Shown one piece after another: positions 1 through 14,420 of a stretch of 64,000 nucleotides of DNA. Under the pieces are notes generated by a model that saw nothing but the letters and a program-made list of their open reading frames with translations, was not told the origin of the DNA and ran no database searches. This DNA is from the human T2T-CHM13v2.0 reference genome, Homo sapiens, in the NCBI RefSeq assembly GCF_009914755.1, contig NC_060931.1; one strand, given 5' to 3'. Numbering within the stretch: position 1 is the first letter of the stretch; each line of letters starts with the position of its first letter. Made by a program: the position numbers and the translations under genes.

Positions 1-249
1 TTCTTTATAAGTTCTCCCCACTTCCATCCTTCAATGATAACAATGTAGACTCTCAGCAATTATTGCTGATTATTGAGGTCAGCCCAGCAGGCTCTAATGA
101 TTCTCTGGATCTGACCTTAACAGAGTTTGGGTGCCCCACGGAAAGGTGGGGACTTTTAAGAGGTATGGATGTGTCTTGGCCCCATCCTTAGCAACAGCAC
201 AACTGTGTTTGTACCAGACAAGCTCTGTAAAGGGCACTTAGTTTTTCTA

Positions 250-420
250 TAGCAGAGTGGTGAGCTTGACAGCACCCTGGACTGCCAACCAGAATACCTG
301 GATTTTGGTCACAGCTGACTTCCTAACTACATGTGAGCTTTTGGGCTTTCTTATTTTCAAGTTCCTGGTGAAGTAGAAACAGAAGTTTGAACTACATGCT
401 TTCTACAGTCCCCTCTAACT
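250..420 (+). mobile_element. degenerate MIR/MIR3 SINE fragment
   Basis: MIR-like core and tail (ccagaatacctggattttggtc...ttctacagtcccctctaact); highly diverged, boundaries approximate. Confidence 0.4.
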
Positions 421-802
421 TGTAAGCTATCACATTACAATGTTTATTTAATTTTTTCGTACTAACTGTTTATGGTGTATAGTCATAGAAAGTGATATTT
501 AGAGTTCAGTTCTGCCTTTTAGAAGCACAAAATTCATGCCGAGTCTAACTTAAAAAATCCACAAAACATTTTCTAAGAGTTTTTCTGTATCCTTCCCCAT
601 ACACACTTTCTTCTCCTCTCATTACTTACCTTTTAAAGTTGGCTCCTAAGAAGCAAACCTGTAGTAGCTTTCTGAAAAATGATGCTAGGAGGCTGAATTT
701 ATTCGGGATTGGCACAAGCTGATCCTGCATTGGGAATGCTGGCTAAGCAGATGGACTATGGAACAGTCTTCAGGCTGAGTTTTATAGAGTGAAGGTGTTC
801 CC

Positions 803-953
803 TCCAGCCAGCTACATAATTTGTGGGGACCCTGCTCAAAAATCGTTAAGAATTTTCAGATAGTGATAGTGTAGTATGAAAGCCAGCACAGTGCCCTTTT
901 GAGTGTGGTGCCCTATGTGACTGCACAGGTCACACACTCATTAAGTTGGTTCT
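803..953 (-). mobile_element. MER45A-like hAT DNA transposon (non-autonomous)
   Basis: agctacataatttgtgggg...gccctatgtgactgcacaggtcacac matches the reverse complement of the MER45A consensus as I recall it. Confidence 0.7.
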
Positions 954-2959
954 GTCTGGAGAGGTGGGGACCCAAGATTCAATAAGATAGATGCATAGGG
1001 CAAGGTTTAACTCCAAAAGTATTATTCACTGTAAAAAACCAAATACAAATAAATAAAATATAGTAAAATACAAATCAACTCCTGCCAGTTTATATTTTAA
1101 AAGGTGAGAAATCGTTTCAACAAAGAAGCTGTGATTGTGTTTGGGCCAAACCCTTAAAGAAAATAATTAAATAGTTTTGGAAAGAACATTGCAGAAAGGG
1201 GAGGTGTTGAAATCATACAATAATTATGTTTACATCAATTAAAAATCTTCAGTCTGGGAAGATGTAACGACTTCTTCCAAACAGTTTCAAGATATTGGAA
1301 AGCCAGCTGGAGATACAAACAGTGGCACAAAGAGTGACAAATTTCCTTGAGGGGCTGCCAAAGTGGAGGCTTTCAAAATGCTGGAAGCATTTAGTATAAC
1401 TCTCCTACCTACAGCTTTAAAATAACTGAAATAAAGTAGCAATAGTTCAACTATGTAATTTCTTTGTGTTTTTTCTAGTATTTTATATTTGTCTGATTTC
1501 AAATAAAGATATTATTCCAGTGGGAGAAAAGTTAGCTTGGAGATGAATATACTGTATTGAAACTTTTGATGGGATACATTGTGGTTTTAAAACAACTTTG
1601 GTGCTATTTTTCCCCTCCAACAATAGCCATTATTCTGCATCGATTGACTTTATGACAGGTCTCTTTGGCATATATTTTTGAGATTAGAACTCCAAGTAAA
1701 TTGTGTGAATATTTCAGATAGCATCTTTTAATTGGCATCAGCTAAAATTCAGAATAAGCTAACTCACAGCTGTAAATTTGTTTTTCCCTTTTTCTGCATA
1801 GTATGACTTTAAGGCATCCCAACTGCTTCAGAGCCATCATCACCCTTGATATGTTGTCTTAGAAGGCTTTCCTCTTGAACAGTTTTAAGCAGGTGAAGTT
1901 CTCATTAGTGCCTCTGCCACTATCTTCCTCTCTTCCCAGACCCTAACTCTCCTATTACTCTTTGCTTTACTCTTCTCCCTAGAAGGGAGCTGATACTCTT
2001 GGACTTTCGAGTTCTTCTTATCCTATACCAGTTCTCTCTCTCTTGAGTTTAAAACTAACCAATCTAAAAAATTAATCTTCCTGGACTGTATATTAGTGGA
2101 CTATGTGCATGGGTTTCTTAAGCAATATATTTGCTTTTCCTTCGACCCTGCTGTTATCAGGAATTTGAAACACAGTAAGTGTCTGGAAGGTAGGGTTTAT
2201 GTCATGGGGGAAGGCCAGAAGGAGATGTGAGTCAAGGCAATCCTATTTCTTAGATATTACATTATCCCTTTGAGGATAAAAGTCATGTTGGCTGACCAAG
2301 AATAATTTGGAGAAATTGAAATTTAGGGATCTGAAGACAGGCCGTAATTATGGCCTTTGTACTTTATTCACAGTGATATTAGATTGAACTTGAACTTCTC
2401 AATAGCATAGCCCTCAGGGCTAATACTTTTGGTGTAAACTTAAAATGAAACTGTTTCATACTGAAACCCATTTGTTATTTCTTTAACAAACCCTCTAGGG
2501 TATTACCCCTTCAGCCTACCTTTCCTGATTCTGCTGTATTTATAGCATTATGACAAGGTCCCAAAGAACACTGTGGAAGGCAATCTGTAAAAGCACTTTT
2601 TACCTAGAATTTTAGAATCAAAAATTACTCTGGAGAAGAAAACATGGTAATTATAGCTTAGCATAATAATGTAGAGGAGACAGACTGCAATGAAGTAAGT
2701 TCAATCATTATTATTATCATAGTTTTGGAAAGTCACTAATTACTGTATTTTTAAGCACTTTTTTACTAAGACAATGGTCTTATTTATGCAAATGATGCCA
2801 TCAAATAAGTGTTCTTTGGGTGGTGAGGAATTATGCTCCTCATCACAAAACCTTCTCTTAAGCATGCTGCAGAGAAGTATTTCATTTATAGCTAAAGTTT
2901 ACCCAATTGCATAAGGAAAGAACGTGCATTTCTACCCAGGGATTTGTCTTAAGCTTTCA

Positions 2960-3265
2960 ATTTTTAAATAATTTTAGACAAAGGAAATTTGCAAAAGTCA
3001 TAGAATTCTTGTAAAGCCTTCACCCAGCTTCCTCAAATGTTAATGTCTTACATAAACTTGGTACAATGATCAAAACCAAGGAATTATTATTGGTATAATA
3101 CTATCAACTAAAGATGGTATTTGAGTTCCAACAATTTTCCCATTAATGTCCCTTTTTTCCTGTCACAGAACCCAATGGAGAATCCCATAGTCATTCAGTT
3201 GTCAAGTCTACTTGGCCTCTCTATGAAAGTTCCTCAGTGTTTCCTTGTATTTCACAACTGTGGTT
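2960..3265 (-). mobile_element. old L1 (L1MC-type) 3' UTR fragment
   Basis: aataattttagac...ttcacccagcttcctcaaatgttaa...acaatgatcaaaaccaagg, typical of the antisense L1MC 3' end. Confidence 0.55.
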
Positions 3266-3997
3266 ATATTTTAAACAAGATTTATTTCTCTGAGTTGAAT
3301 AATAATTAAAAACTTCAAAATCCCTGACATTTGGGAACTTTAGGGGAAAATTATATATTTTCTTTGAAATATTTTAAACTAGTATTCTTTAATTTTAAAA
3401 GTATTCATTTAACATTATGAATTAAAATCTATGGGGATTTGAAAATTTTTGGAAGAATTTTTTTTTTCACATTGGCTGTGGTTTTGTAATGATGAGTTTT
3501 GAGCAAAAATAAAACTTTTATTAGTGGCTTTTGGATTTACAATTAAGAAGATTTTTTTGAAGAAACGAAATTAGTATTAGAGGCTCTGTGGCCTCTAAAG
3601 CTTAAATTAGAAATTTTAACAATCGTATGGCATGAACTGTTTGACAACTTTACTCTTTTAAATGACTCAAAATAAATTTCAGAGTAGTGTAGTCAAATTC
3701 TGCATGTAAACACTTCTGTATATTTTGTATTTCTAACGTAAGTTTCAGTTCCTTGAAGATACTGTTTATATTCAAATTCTGTATACTCTATATGTCTATA
3801 TGTGTACATTATACAATTATATATAACAAGATAATTATATATAATGTATAATATATAATTTTATATCATATAGTAATGATAAAATACGTATATAATTATA
3901 TATATCCCTCTGTGTGTATATGTATGTATCTGTTTATAATTGTCTGTGGTATTAGTGGAATGCTTTACTGAGAGCATTTGAAAAATATATTCTTCAG

Positions 3998-4214
3998 TAA
4001 GAGCTATTTCATGTAAAATAAATAACCTACTTCATCAGATTGGAGTACAAAAGAAAGTCACAATTATTTTATAAATAAAATTAAGATGACTGCACCTCCA
4101 TCCATCTCACTGATTAAAACATTTCTTCTTCCTACCCCAGGGGCAATAAGAGCTATTTCGTGTAATGTAAGTGTCCTACTTTGTCAGCTTGATGTATTAA
4201 AGTCCCAATTCTTT
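3998..4214. repeat. old diverged tandem duplication, ~149-bp unit; copy 2 is interrupted by an L1 and resumes at 7229-7310
   Basis: taagagctatttc at 3998 and 4147; aaagtcacaatt...cttcctacc in copy 1 matches aaagtcacaatt...cttcccacc after the L1. Confidence 0.7.
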
Positions 4215-7200
4215 TTCTTTTTTTCAACATTTTTTTCCTAAATTTTAATTTTTTTATACTTTAAGTTCTAGGATACATGTGCAGAACATGCAGGTTTGTT
4301 ACATAGGTATGCACGTGCCATGGTGGTTTGCTGCACCCATCAACCTGTCATCTACATTAGGTATTTCTTCTAATGCTCTTCCTCCCCCAGCCCACTACCC
4401 CCTGACAGGCCCCAGTGTGTGATGTTCCTCTCCTTGTTCATGGGTTCTTGGTGTTCACCTCCCACCTATGAGTGAGAGCATGCGGTGTTTGGTTTTCTGT
4501 TCCTGTGTTAGTTTGCTGAGAATGATGGTTTCCAGCTTCATCCATGTCCCTGCAAAGGACATGAACTCATCCTTTTTTATGGCTGCGTAGTATTTCATTA
4601 TATATATGTGCCACATTTTCTTTATCCAGTATATCATTGATGGGCATTTGGGTTGGTTCCAAGTCTTTCCTATTGTGAATAGTGCTGCAATAAACATACA
4701 TGTGCATGTATCTTTATAGGAGAATGATTTATAATCCTTTGGATATATACCCAGTAATGACATTGCTGGGTCAAATGGTATTTCTGGTTCTAGATCCTTG
4801 AGGAATCACCACACTGTCTTTCACAATGACTGAACTAATTTACACTCCCACCAACAGTGGAAAAGCGTTTCTATTTCTCTACATCCTCTCCAATATCTGT
4901 TGTTTCCTGACTTTTTAATGACCGCCATTCTAACAGGCAAGAGATGGTATCTCACTGTGGCTTTGATTTGTATTTCTCTAATGACCAGTGATGATGGGCT
5001 TTGTTTCATATGTTTGCTGGCTGCATAAATGACTTATTTTGAGAAGTGTCTGTTCATATCCTTTGCCCACTTTTTGATGGGTTTGTTTTTTTCTTGTAAA
5101 TTTAAGTTCTTGTAGATTCTGGATATTAGCCCTTTGTCAGATGGATATATTGCAAAAATTTTCCCCTTTCTGTAGGTTACCTGTTCACTCTGATGATAGT
5201 TTCTTTTGCTGTGCAGAAGCTCTTTAGTTTAATTAGATCCCATTTGTCAGTTTTGGCTTCTGTTGCCATTGCTTTTGGTGCTTCAGTCACGAAGTCTTTG
5301 CCCATGCCTATGTCCTGAATTGCACTGCCTAGGTTTTCTTCTTGGGTTTTTATGGTTTTAGGTCTTATATTTAAGTCTTTAATCCATCTTGAGTTAATTT
5401 TTGTATAAGGTGTAAGGAAAGCATCCAGTTTAAGTTTTCTGCATATGGCTAGCCAGTTTTCCCAACACCATTTATTAAATAGGGAATTTTTCCCCATTGC
5501 TTGTTTTTGTCAGCTTTGTTAAAGATCAGATGGTTGTAGATGTGTGGCGTTATTTCTGAGGCCTCTGTTCTGTTCCATTGGTCTATATATCTTTTTTGGT
5601 ACCAGTACCATGCTGTTTTGGTTACTGTAGACTTGTAGTATAGTTTGAAGTCAGGTAGCATGATGCCTCCAGCTTTGTTCTTTTTGCTTAGGATTGTCTT
5701 GGCTATAATACGTGGTCTTTTTTGCTTCCATATGAAGTTTAAAGTAGTTTTTTCTAATTATGTGAAGAAATTCAATGGTAGCTTGATGGGGATAGCATTG
5801 AATCTATTCTCTGATGGTAGTTTGTATTTCTTTGGGATCAGTGGTGATCTCCCCTTTATCATTTTTAAATTGTGTCTATTTGATTCTTCTATCTTTTTGT
5901 CTTTGTTTTTTTTCCTTTGGCTTGAAGTCTTATTCTGGCTAGCAGTTTATCTATTTTGTTAATTTTTTTCAAAAAGTCACCTCCTGGATTCATTTATTTT
6001 TTTATTTTTTTTTCTTCAGGAGTTTCCCGTCTCTATCTCCTTCAGTTCTGCTCTGATCTAAGTTATTTCTTGTCTTCTGCTAGCTTTTGAATTTGTTTGC
6101 TCTTGCTTCTCCAGTTCTTTTAATTGTGATGTTAGGGTGTCGATTCAACTTTCTTCTGTGGGCATTTAGTGCTATAAATTTCCCCCTAAACACTGCTTTA
6201 GCTGTGTCCCAGAGACTCTGGTATGTTGTGTCTTTGTTCTCATTGATTTCAAAGAACTTATTTGTTTCTGCCTTAATTTCGTTACCTACCTAGTTGTCAT
6301 TCAGGAGGAGGTTGTTCAGTTTCCATTTAATTGGGCAGTTTTTAGTGAGTTTCTCAATCCTGAGTTCTAATTTGATTGCACTGTTGTCTGAGAGACTGTT
6401 ATGATTTTTTTTCTTTTGCATTTGCTGAGGAGTGTTTTACTTCCAATTATGTGGTCAATTTTAGAATAAGTGCTATGTGGTGCTGAGAAGAATGTATATT
6501 CTGTTGATTTGGAGTGGAGAGTTCTGTAGATGTCTACTAGGCCTGCTTGGTTCAGAGCTGAGTTCGAGTCCTGAATATCCTTGTTAATTTTCTGTCTGAT
6601 CATTGATCTGTCTAATATTGACAGTGGGGCATTAAAGTCTCCCACTATTATTGTGTGGGAATCTAAGTCTCTTTGTAGGTCTCTAAGAACTTGCTTTATG
6701 AATCTGGGTGCTCCTGTATTGGGTGCATATATATTTAGGATAGTTAGCTCTTCTTATTGCATTGATTCCTTTGCCATTATGTAATGCCCTTCTTTGTCTT
6801 TTTTTGATCTTTATTTAAAGTCTGTTTTATCAGAGATTAGGGTTGCAACCCCTGCATTTTTTTTTGTTTGTTTTATATTTGGTAGGTAAATCTTCCTCCA
6901 TCCCTTTATTTTGAGCCTATGTATGTCTTTGCACGTGAGATGGGTCTCCTGAATACAGCACACTGATGGGTCTTGACTCTTTATCCACTTTCCCAGTTTG
7001 TGTCTTTAATTGGGTCATTTTGCTTGTTTACCTTTAAGGTTAATATTGTCGTGTGTGAATTTGATCCTGTCATTATGATGCTAGCTGGTTATTTTGCCCG
7101 TTAGTTGATGCAATTTCTTCATAGTGTCAATGGTCTTTACAATTAATCACCCGCCTTATGCATTTATCTCACTGGGAGCTACAGATAGGAGCTGTTTTTA

Positions 7201-7228
7201 TTCAGCCATCTTGCCCAGGTTGAACCAG
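4215..7228 (-). mobile_element. L1PA (about PA7/PA8) with both termini but two large internal deletions; 16-bp TSD
   Basis: poly(T) and 3' UTR at ~4215-4460; ORF2 fragments in the ORF track (4455-6645); L1 5' start ggcaagatggctgaata at ~7199-7215; TSD aaagtc(c/a)caattcttt at 4199-4214 and 7229-7244. Confidence 0.92.
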
Positions 7229-7516
7229 AAAGTCACAATTCTTTATAAAATAATATTAATATTATTCTTCACCTCTGTCTCACCAGTGAAAGTATTTCCT
7301 CTTCCCACCACCTTCACCATTCTCTCTGACAACCAGGCTAGAGTCAATGTGCACTGAAGTGCCCAAAGTGGTTTGATGAGTCCCTGAATTAAAAATAGGG
7401 CTCATAATACAGGGGCTCATCAAACTTACCTGGATGCCAGGTAATGAGAACTTTTTTACAGGTATAAGAATGAGAAGTGGTGTGCAGCTTGACCAACACT
7501 ACTGGAGTCCCCCACT

Positions 7517-7519
7517 ACA

Positions 7520-7561
<42 letters not shown>

Positions 7562-7572
7562 TACACACACAC
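7517..7572. repeat. (CA)n microsatellite
   Basis: directly visible. Confidence 0.95.
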
Positions 7573-8592
7573 TCAGCCCCAAAAGAAAACGAAGTTAGAG
7601 GTCATTTCTATTTCCATTCCCTCCAGCCTAGGTGAATCCAATCAATCAATTGAATATTCCCATTCCAAAGGGGTTCACTTGTGTCAGCTCCAGTCTGTAC
7701 TCACTTTCACTGGAGTCTGGAGCCCTGGTGTGTCCCCTTGGCCTGAAGCATGCTGTATTGTAATCTTAGATCAATCATTTCGGAGTGGATTCCTGCACTC
7801 CCCTTTCTAGCTGGGGACTCTCACTATGTCCTGTCACTACCATCTCTGAAAGGTACAGCATTGACAGCCAAAGGGTGAGTTTCTCTGCTCCTAAGGCAGC
7901 ATCCCAAGGGCCTTTCTATTTCTCTCAAGAAGGAAGACCTTGCAGAAGGAGAAGTAGAGGTCTTGTATCACTGCCACATATATACTTTCAATAGTTTTCT
8001 AATGTCTACTGATATCCCTTTATACTGTCCACTGATGGATACCATTGCTTGTTGAGAAGAATCTGTGTATGTGGAGGTGGGGTGGTTGAAGTCTGGAGTA
8101 GAAAGTATTTTCCCACCACGTTGTGTTCATTATGATCACCCCATACTATCATGTGACTGAGTTTCTGGTGTCATTACCTTTACCATCTTTATATTCAGAA
8201 GAGTGGCTTAATAAGACAAGAATGGGCTAAAAGGAGTTTCAGAGTCAAGGATGGGGCCCACATATTACAAAAATAAGTTCTACCCAGTGGGAGAAGTATC
8301 TAGACTTGGTGGACATAGTTAGCTTTTTAATAATAAATTTTAATCTCTTTGTGTCATTTTTTCTTATTTAAAAGGAAGGACTTTGATTATATCAGTTTCA
8401 GGTCTTAAAAAATATTTGTATAGAAGCATCTACCATCTAGTAAATTAAAATAATAGAGAAAATGAAAGTACAGAGTGATAGAGGGATATGGTAAAAAATA
8501 AAAGCCCAATTGTGAGCTGGGTTGTATTGACCACAACCCAGTATGTGATAGGTCATTTTAGATAAAGGTGTCCTGCAGCCAATTACAGGAAG

Positions 8593-8988
8593 TGATATGG
8601 TTTAGATCTGTGTCCCTGCCCAAATCTCCTGTTGAAATGTAATCCCCAATGCTGCAGGGTGAGGCCTGGTAGGAGGTGACTGAATTATGGAGGTGGTTTC
8701 TCATCTTTCCCCCAGTGCTGTTCTTGTGATAGATTTCTCACGAGACTTGGTTGTTTAAAAGTGTGTAGCACTTACCCCATCTCTCTCTTGGTCCTGCTCC
8801 TGCCATCGAAGATGCCTGATCCATCTTTGCCTTCTGCCATGAGTAAAAGCTCCCCGAGGCCTCCCCAGAAGCAGATGCTGCTCTGCTTCCTGTACAGCCT
8901 GTGGAATGGTGAGCTAATTAAACCTCTTATCTTTATAATTGCGAAGTCTCAAGTATTTCTTTATAGCAATGTGAGAATGGACTGATAA
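8593..8988 (+). mobile_element. MaLR solo LTR (MSTA/MSTB-like)
   Basis: starts tgatatggtttagatctgtgtccc, ends ttctttatagcaatgtgagaatggactgata. Confidence 0.85.
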
Positions 8989-9129
8989 AGAGAAGAAACA
9001 CTGCTTCAAACAGGGGCTGGGGCTTTAAGTCATTACGTAGCATTCTATTTGGAAAGAGTTGAAGAAAATCATCTTACTGGTATGGAGGGAAGAAAAGAAT
9101 TACCTTGAAGCTGCATTTGCAGATCATGC

Positions 9130-9165
9130 TTCCTCCTCCTCATCTTCCTCCTCCTCCTCCTCCTC
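9130..9165. repeat. (CCT)n microsatellite
   Basis: directly visible. Confidence 0.9.
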
Positions 9166-9369
9166 TTATAAGATTCTATGTTAACTTGTAGCTGAGTTTG
9201 GGGCTAAATAATGAAGGAATATGTTGGAGAATAAACACCATGTTCCTCAAGGGACACCTTGGTACTCAAACCACAGAGCAATCTCTGTGTCCATACTTTG
9301 CACACAGAATTTCTCTGCAGCTCAAAAAGCTTTGTGGAAATAATATTTAATTTTTTTGTAGTAGAAATA

Positions 9370-9520
9370 AAACTAGAATGTAAGCTCCAAGAGGGCAGAA
9401 ATTTTGTCTGTTTTTTTTTTTTTTTTTTTTTTTTGCTGTAATTTGAATACCTAGAACTGACATACTATGGCCTTACATTGTCCATACTAAGAACTGAATA
9501 AATATTTGTTGTTGAATACA
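9370..9520 (+). mobile_element. L2 3' end fragment with expanded T run
   Basis: ctagaatgtaagctccaagagggcag...aataaatatttgttgttgaat. Confidence 0.6.
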
Positions 9521-10230
9521 TTTGTATATTCAGCAACAAATTAGCTAAATTAAATTATCAAATACATTGCAGAAATTTTTATAGTAAATCACTTTGCAGT
9601 CATTAGGATGATGTATATATATTATAAAACCTTTATGATATTAAAAGATGAACAAACTTCTTATTTGTATACATTATATATTTGGAAATTTTTATAAGTT
9701 ACATATATTATTCACAAGTTATATATATGCTTATATAGATACAAAGTCATAAATTTCCATGTAAATATGTACATAGGTAATAGTATTCATATTAGCTAAA
9801 TATGGTAGCATTCAAATGGAATCAGTAAGAGGTGATTTTTTTAAATGACAGTAAAGATTCAATATTATTGTATTAATATTAAAGTATTAATAGTAATCAT
9901 TAGTAGACATTATTGAAAATTACAGCATAAAAAAACCCAAATAATACCCCACAAAAAGCCTTACTTCTATATTTGTGAGTTACAAAAATAAATACAAACA
10001 ACACTGGAAAAAATATTGATTTTTTTTTCCCAAGCCTAGAAATTACTATCTGGTAAAGGTACTATCTGTTTGGTAAAGGTATTAAATTGTCTTATAGACA
10101 GTGTCAACATCAGTCAGGCTATTTGGCTAATGCCTTAGATAAATAACAGGATAATGTTAATATTGTTGCTTTGTTGAAATGAACCAGAAATAATTAGAAA
10201 ATGATTTTTATTTTAAATTTTTAAGTGTAA

Positions 10231-10561
<331 letters not shown>

Positions 10562-13500
10562 TTTAACTGTAATTTTATTTAGTGTTCATGAGTCAATCAG
10601 TATAAAAATTAGCTAGTCCTGAAATTAGCTCTACCACAAATACACATATTCATTTATTTGTTTTCTACTCTTTTTCTAAGGTGCCTTGTGCAGAAAACAA
10701 ATATAGCATCCTATTTGGACTTTTAAATGTTTGTTTCAAAGCCTGTCTTCTCTGTAGGTCGTGGAGAGTGATACCTGCACAGTGTAGGCATTTAATAAAT
10801 GCTCATTGAATGGATTCTTAATTATCTGGGATAGGTGGAAAACAGTGGTATAGGTACGCGAAAACAGTGGCACTTGGAATGATTTTAAAGGTATTATGAA
10901 CCCAAATTTGCATGATAAAGTAGACAAACTCAAAGTTTCCTTACCTTTTGCTAGCTTTCAGAAAGATCTACTGTTATATAACTTTTATTCATACACAAAT
11001 TTAAATTGTTTTGCCTTCCATTCATTTTGGCAGTAACAGTTTTTCCCTCACAAACTCTTGCTATCAGTAGGTGAAGTAAAACCTTAATTCTACCTCACCC
11101 TCCAGCACCATCACTAGCTAATCGAGTTTTACAAAAAGGATGTATCTCTTCATTGCTGTATTGAATTTTTAGAATTGCTTCCTCAGTGCAGTTGTAAGGC
11201 TTTGAAAATTCTGTTTGTAGAGTTGGTGATTGGGTAACATATTTTGAGTGAAGTTGTAAACAGTCCATGAATAACAAGAGCAGAAAAGAAGAAAAAGATA
11301 TAAATTGAGTCTAAGGATGTTAAAATGCAATTTTAGCTTTTCCTTTCATAACAGGCTTCTGCCTTCATTTTTTTCTACATTTGAATGAGGTACATGGAAG
11401 ACTGAGCTACTTTTAAAAAAAGGCTTCATCGTGATTCTTTTTCTTTCTTCTTTTTCATTTCTTCCTTCTTTCCTTTTTTGTTTTGATTAATGTAGGCATT
11501 CTTTTCCAAAAGCTGATGTCCTGAAGTAAGTACTGTGTAACACTTTTCTTCTTTTGGTGGTTTGAGTAAATGTTTCAAATTGGAAAAGAAGAAAAAGAGG
11601 AAATTTGTACTCAGTCCTCTTGCCTTTTTGCAGCTTCGTTTGCATAAATGTGCAATTTTTGTAGGGGTGATGTACTGTATTGAGAAATTCAGAGACAGCT
11701 GCCAGGGCCATCCTGCAGGGAAGCTGTGCTCAAGTTGAAATTTAATTTAAATATATCATTTCATTATCATAGATTACAACACTAGTAGTAAACTCACTTC
11801 ATTGGAATCAGCACTAATCCAATCCATGAAAATTCAATTGCCCCATCACTCCGCTTAGTCTACACGTTTTGTAACTAAAAGCAGAGAACTGCAAACTTGG
11901 CAATGGAGACTGCCTGAAAGAACACTGGACTTTCTACTTAGAAGAATCCTAATCCCAAAACTTCAGATCACAGAATTCAATTTAATTAACGAAAGAAATG
12001 TATGTATTGATGTTCTCCAGCTACATTACCAGACATGAATGCAAGTCAAGTGACATCTTTCATTTTCTACTAATCTTTTAAACAGCCATTTATTTGTTAA
12101 GTTGCTGCAATTAACTGTTGATTTTTACCTCACCTTGGGCTTTGCTTCAGATGCTGGTATCAACATCACTGAAACCAATGGTGCATGCTGGTGATTAATG
12201 GCTACTTTTTTACTCAAAAGAAAGCTCCCTTTTCTTACTAATGATTATGAATTTTTTTTAATGAAAATACCATTTCCAGAAATACATGTACTGTTTATTA
12301 TTAGCTAAGATTGTAGACATTATTTGAATCCAAAAATATAGAGAAATATATTATGATTTCCCTGATATGGTAAAAACCATTATTGCTGTTATTATTGTTT
12401 TTGATGAATGGATTCCAGTGGCTTTTCCATCACCCAGCCTCATCTGGTTTAGATGTAATTCTAGCAAATTTCTTCTTGGAAATGACACTTTAACCCCAAA
12501 GGGTAATTCTGGTCAAAGGGAAATGACTTGAAGGTAATGATCTTTATATCTAATTTCTTGTAGCTCAGACTGCATCAATGGCATACCAACAGGGCATCAA
12601 TGAATTAAATGCACACTATACACATACTCATACTTCTGCTAACTCTCACATATAACACCAGTGGAAAAGACATATCTTTTGGGAATATTTTTCCTCTCTA
12701 AGCTAACTACAGGCAAGATTCTATTTTTCATTTTTAGAAGGGTTGAATGAGATCCACCATCTTCTCCATTTTGGACCTTGACATTTCCGTAAACCTCTTC
12801 TCATATATAGGTTTGAATAGAGAGCAGACTGATGGAGTCAATATTCAATCCTGAAAAGACCCTGGTGGGGGGATGCAAGGAGACCTCAGAATCACCACGT
12901 AGCTAAATCAGTGTGCTTAGCTTTCCTACTGTGATGGATCAGATCTTTTTGGTCACAGGCTGTTTCCTTTCAGCTATGGAAAGCAAATTTTAACACTTTT
13001 ATTAAAGACGGACCCTGTCCACACATTCATGACATTGATATCCCAGTATAAAATGCACCTTGTGCCTCTGAGTTTGGCATCTACTCTGCTGACAGTGTTC
13101 ATATTACGTTTGGAAAGGATTTGCCATTGGCATTGTTTTAACTTCTGTTTTTAAATTACTTTTATTGCCACATAATTTTGAAATTTATGGACAATGTTTA
13201 AATGAGTTATAAATGGCTGGAATTATGAAGTAATAAAAATAAATGAAAACTGCTTCCTATCTTAATGATTTTTAATTGGTTCTTAGAGATGAAAGAAAAT
13301 AAGGATGTGCCACAAGGGTCACAGCTTGGAAGGAGGTAAACCTTTTTGCCTTGTAGTGATATTTTCCCCCAAGTGAAAATGTAGAATAGATCCTAGGAGA
13401 CTCAAGAGTCATGGCACTATGTTTGACTGGTATTGTCTTCACTGAGAGGGCTTAATGTACACAGGCACTCGTACTCGTTAACAATATTCTGCTGAGAGTA

Positions 13501-14221
13501 GACAAGAATAGACGAAGGCTAGAGGCATAGAAGTATGTGTGAATTGGTCCCCAACGATTCATATGATGTTTCTCACTCTTGAGGACCTCATAATTTATCA
13601 TGAAAAAGAAATACACATTTGCAAAACCCAGAACAACATTAGTGGCACTGTCTTCTTAAGTTCTAGGGTCTTGGTAGAATAAAGTACTAAAGGGATTTAG
13701 AAACTAGAGAGATAGTTGTGGTCTGGTGTTATTCAGAAAATGCTCTTAAGAAAGCTGAGCCTTGCTCTGGTCCTGGAAATATTTAAGGGAAAGGAGGATG
13801 AGAGGAGATTTCAGATTGGAGATAAACTTGGAGACATAAGAAAAAATTTGTCATATTGAAGAATAGTATGGCGTTTTTTTTATAAGTGAAGATGTGCTTA
13901 ATGAATAGCAGGAGATTAGTGCTAATAAAAATAACAAACAATATTTACTGAATGAGTTCTATGGCTCAAAGCAATGTGTTAAGTGCATTCCATGAATTAT
14001 CTTATGTGATTTATTTTTTTAATATCATCAATAACATATTAGCTGACTACACATTTATACTTGAGCATCTTGATAGTAGGAACTAATTTAAATCTTAAAA
14101 CATTGATTTGATTTGGGCGAATTGCTATGAGATGGCAGAAAAGGCAAGAAAGCAGCTGAGAAATTACTCTGAAAATCTGGGTGTCAATGAATTAAACCAT
14201 TCATGAAAAAAGTGAATTTAT

Positions 14222-14420
14222 CCAATGGTGTACTGATAAATACTTAGCAATTGGCTTTCGGTGGGGGAAAAAGCCGTGATTTGAGAATTTGGCCCCTTCT
14301 GGGATGTAAATAACAATGGCTGAATTCAGGCTACTGGTGTAAGATCAACTGGCTCACAAAATTCCTGAAAACTTAACAATTGGCTCTTGCAAGTCGGTAT
14401 GAATTGGCTTCAGCATACCC
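14222..14420 (-). mobile_element. MER63A-like hAT DNA transposon
   Basis: ctggctcacaaaattcctgaaaacttaacaattggctcttgcaagtcggtatgaattggcttcagcatacc matches the reverse of the MER63 left end as I recall it. Confidence 0.65.

Noticed and set aside
7140-7155. L1 5' UTR/ORF1 junction as a spliced L1 (SpIRE)
   Set aside because: The GT is retained and no AG acceptor is used at the join
10045-10081. Short repeat actatct(gtt)tggtaaaggt, and similar micro-duplications near 41511, 43311 and 48176
   Set aside because: Ordinary small slippage duplications
11600-13000. Isolated splice-like sites in unique sequence
   Set aside because: No chain of phase-compatible exons or recognisable peptide
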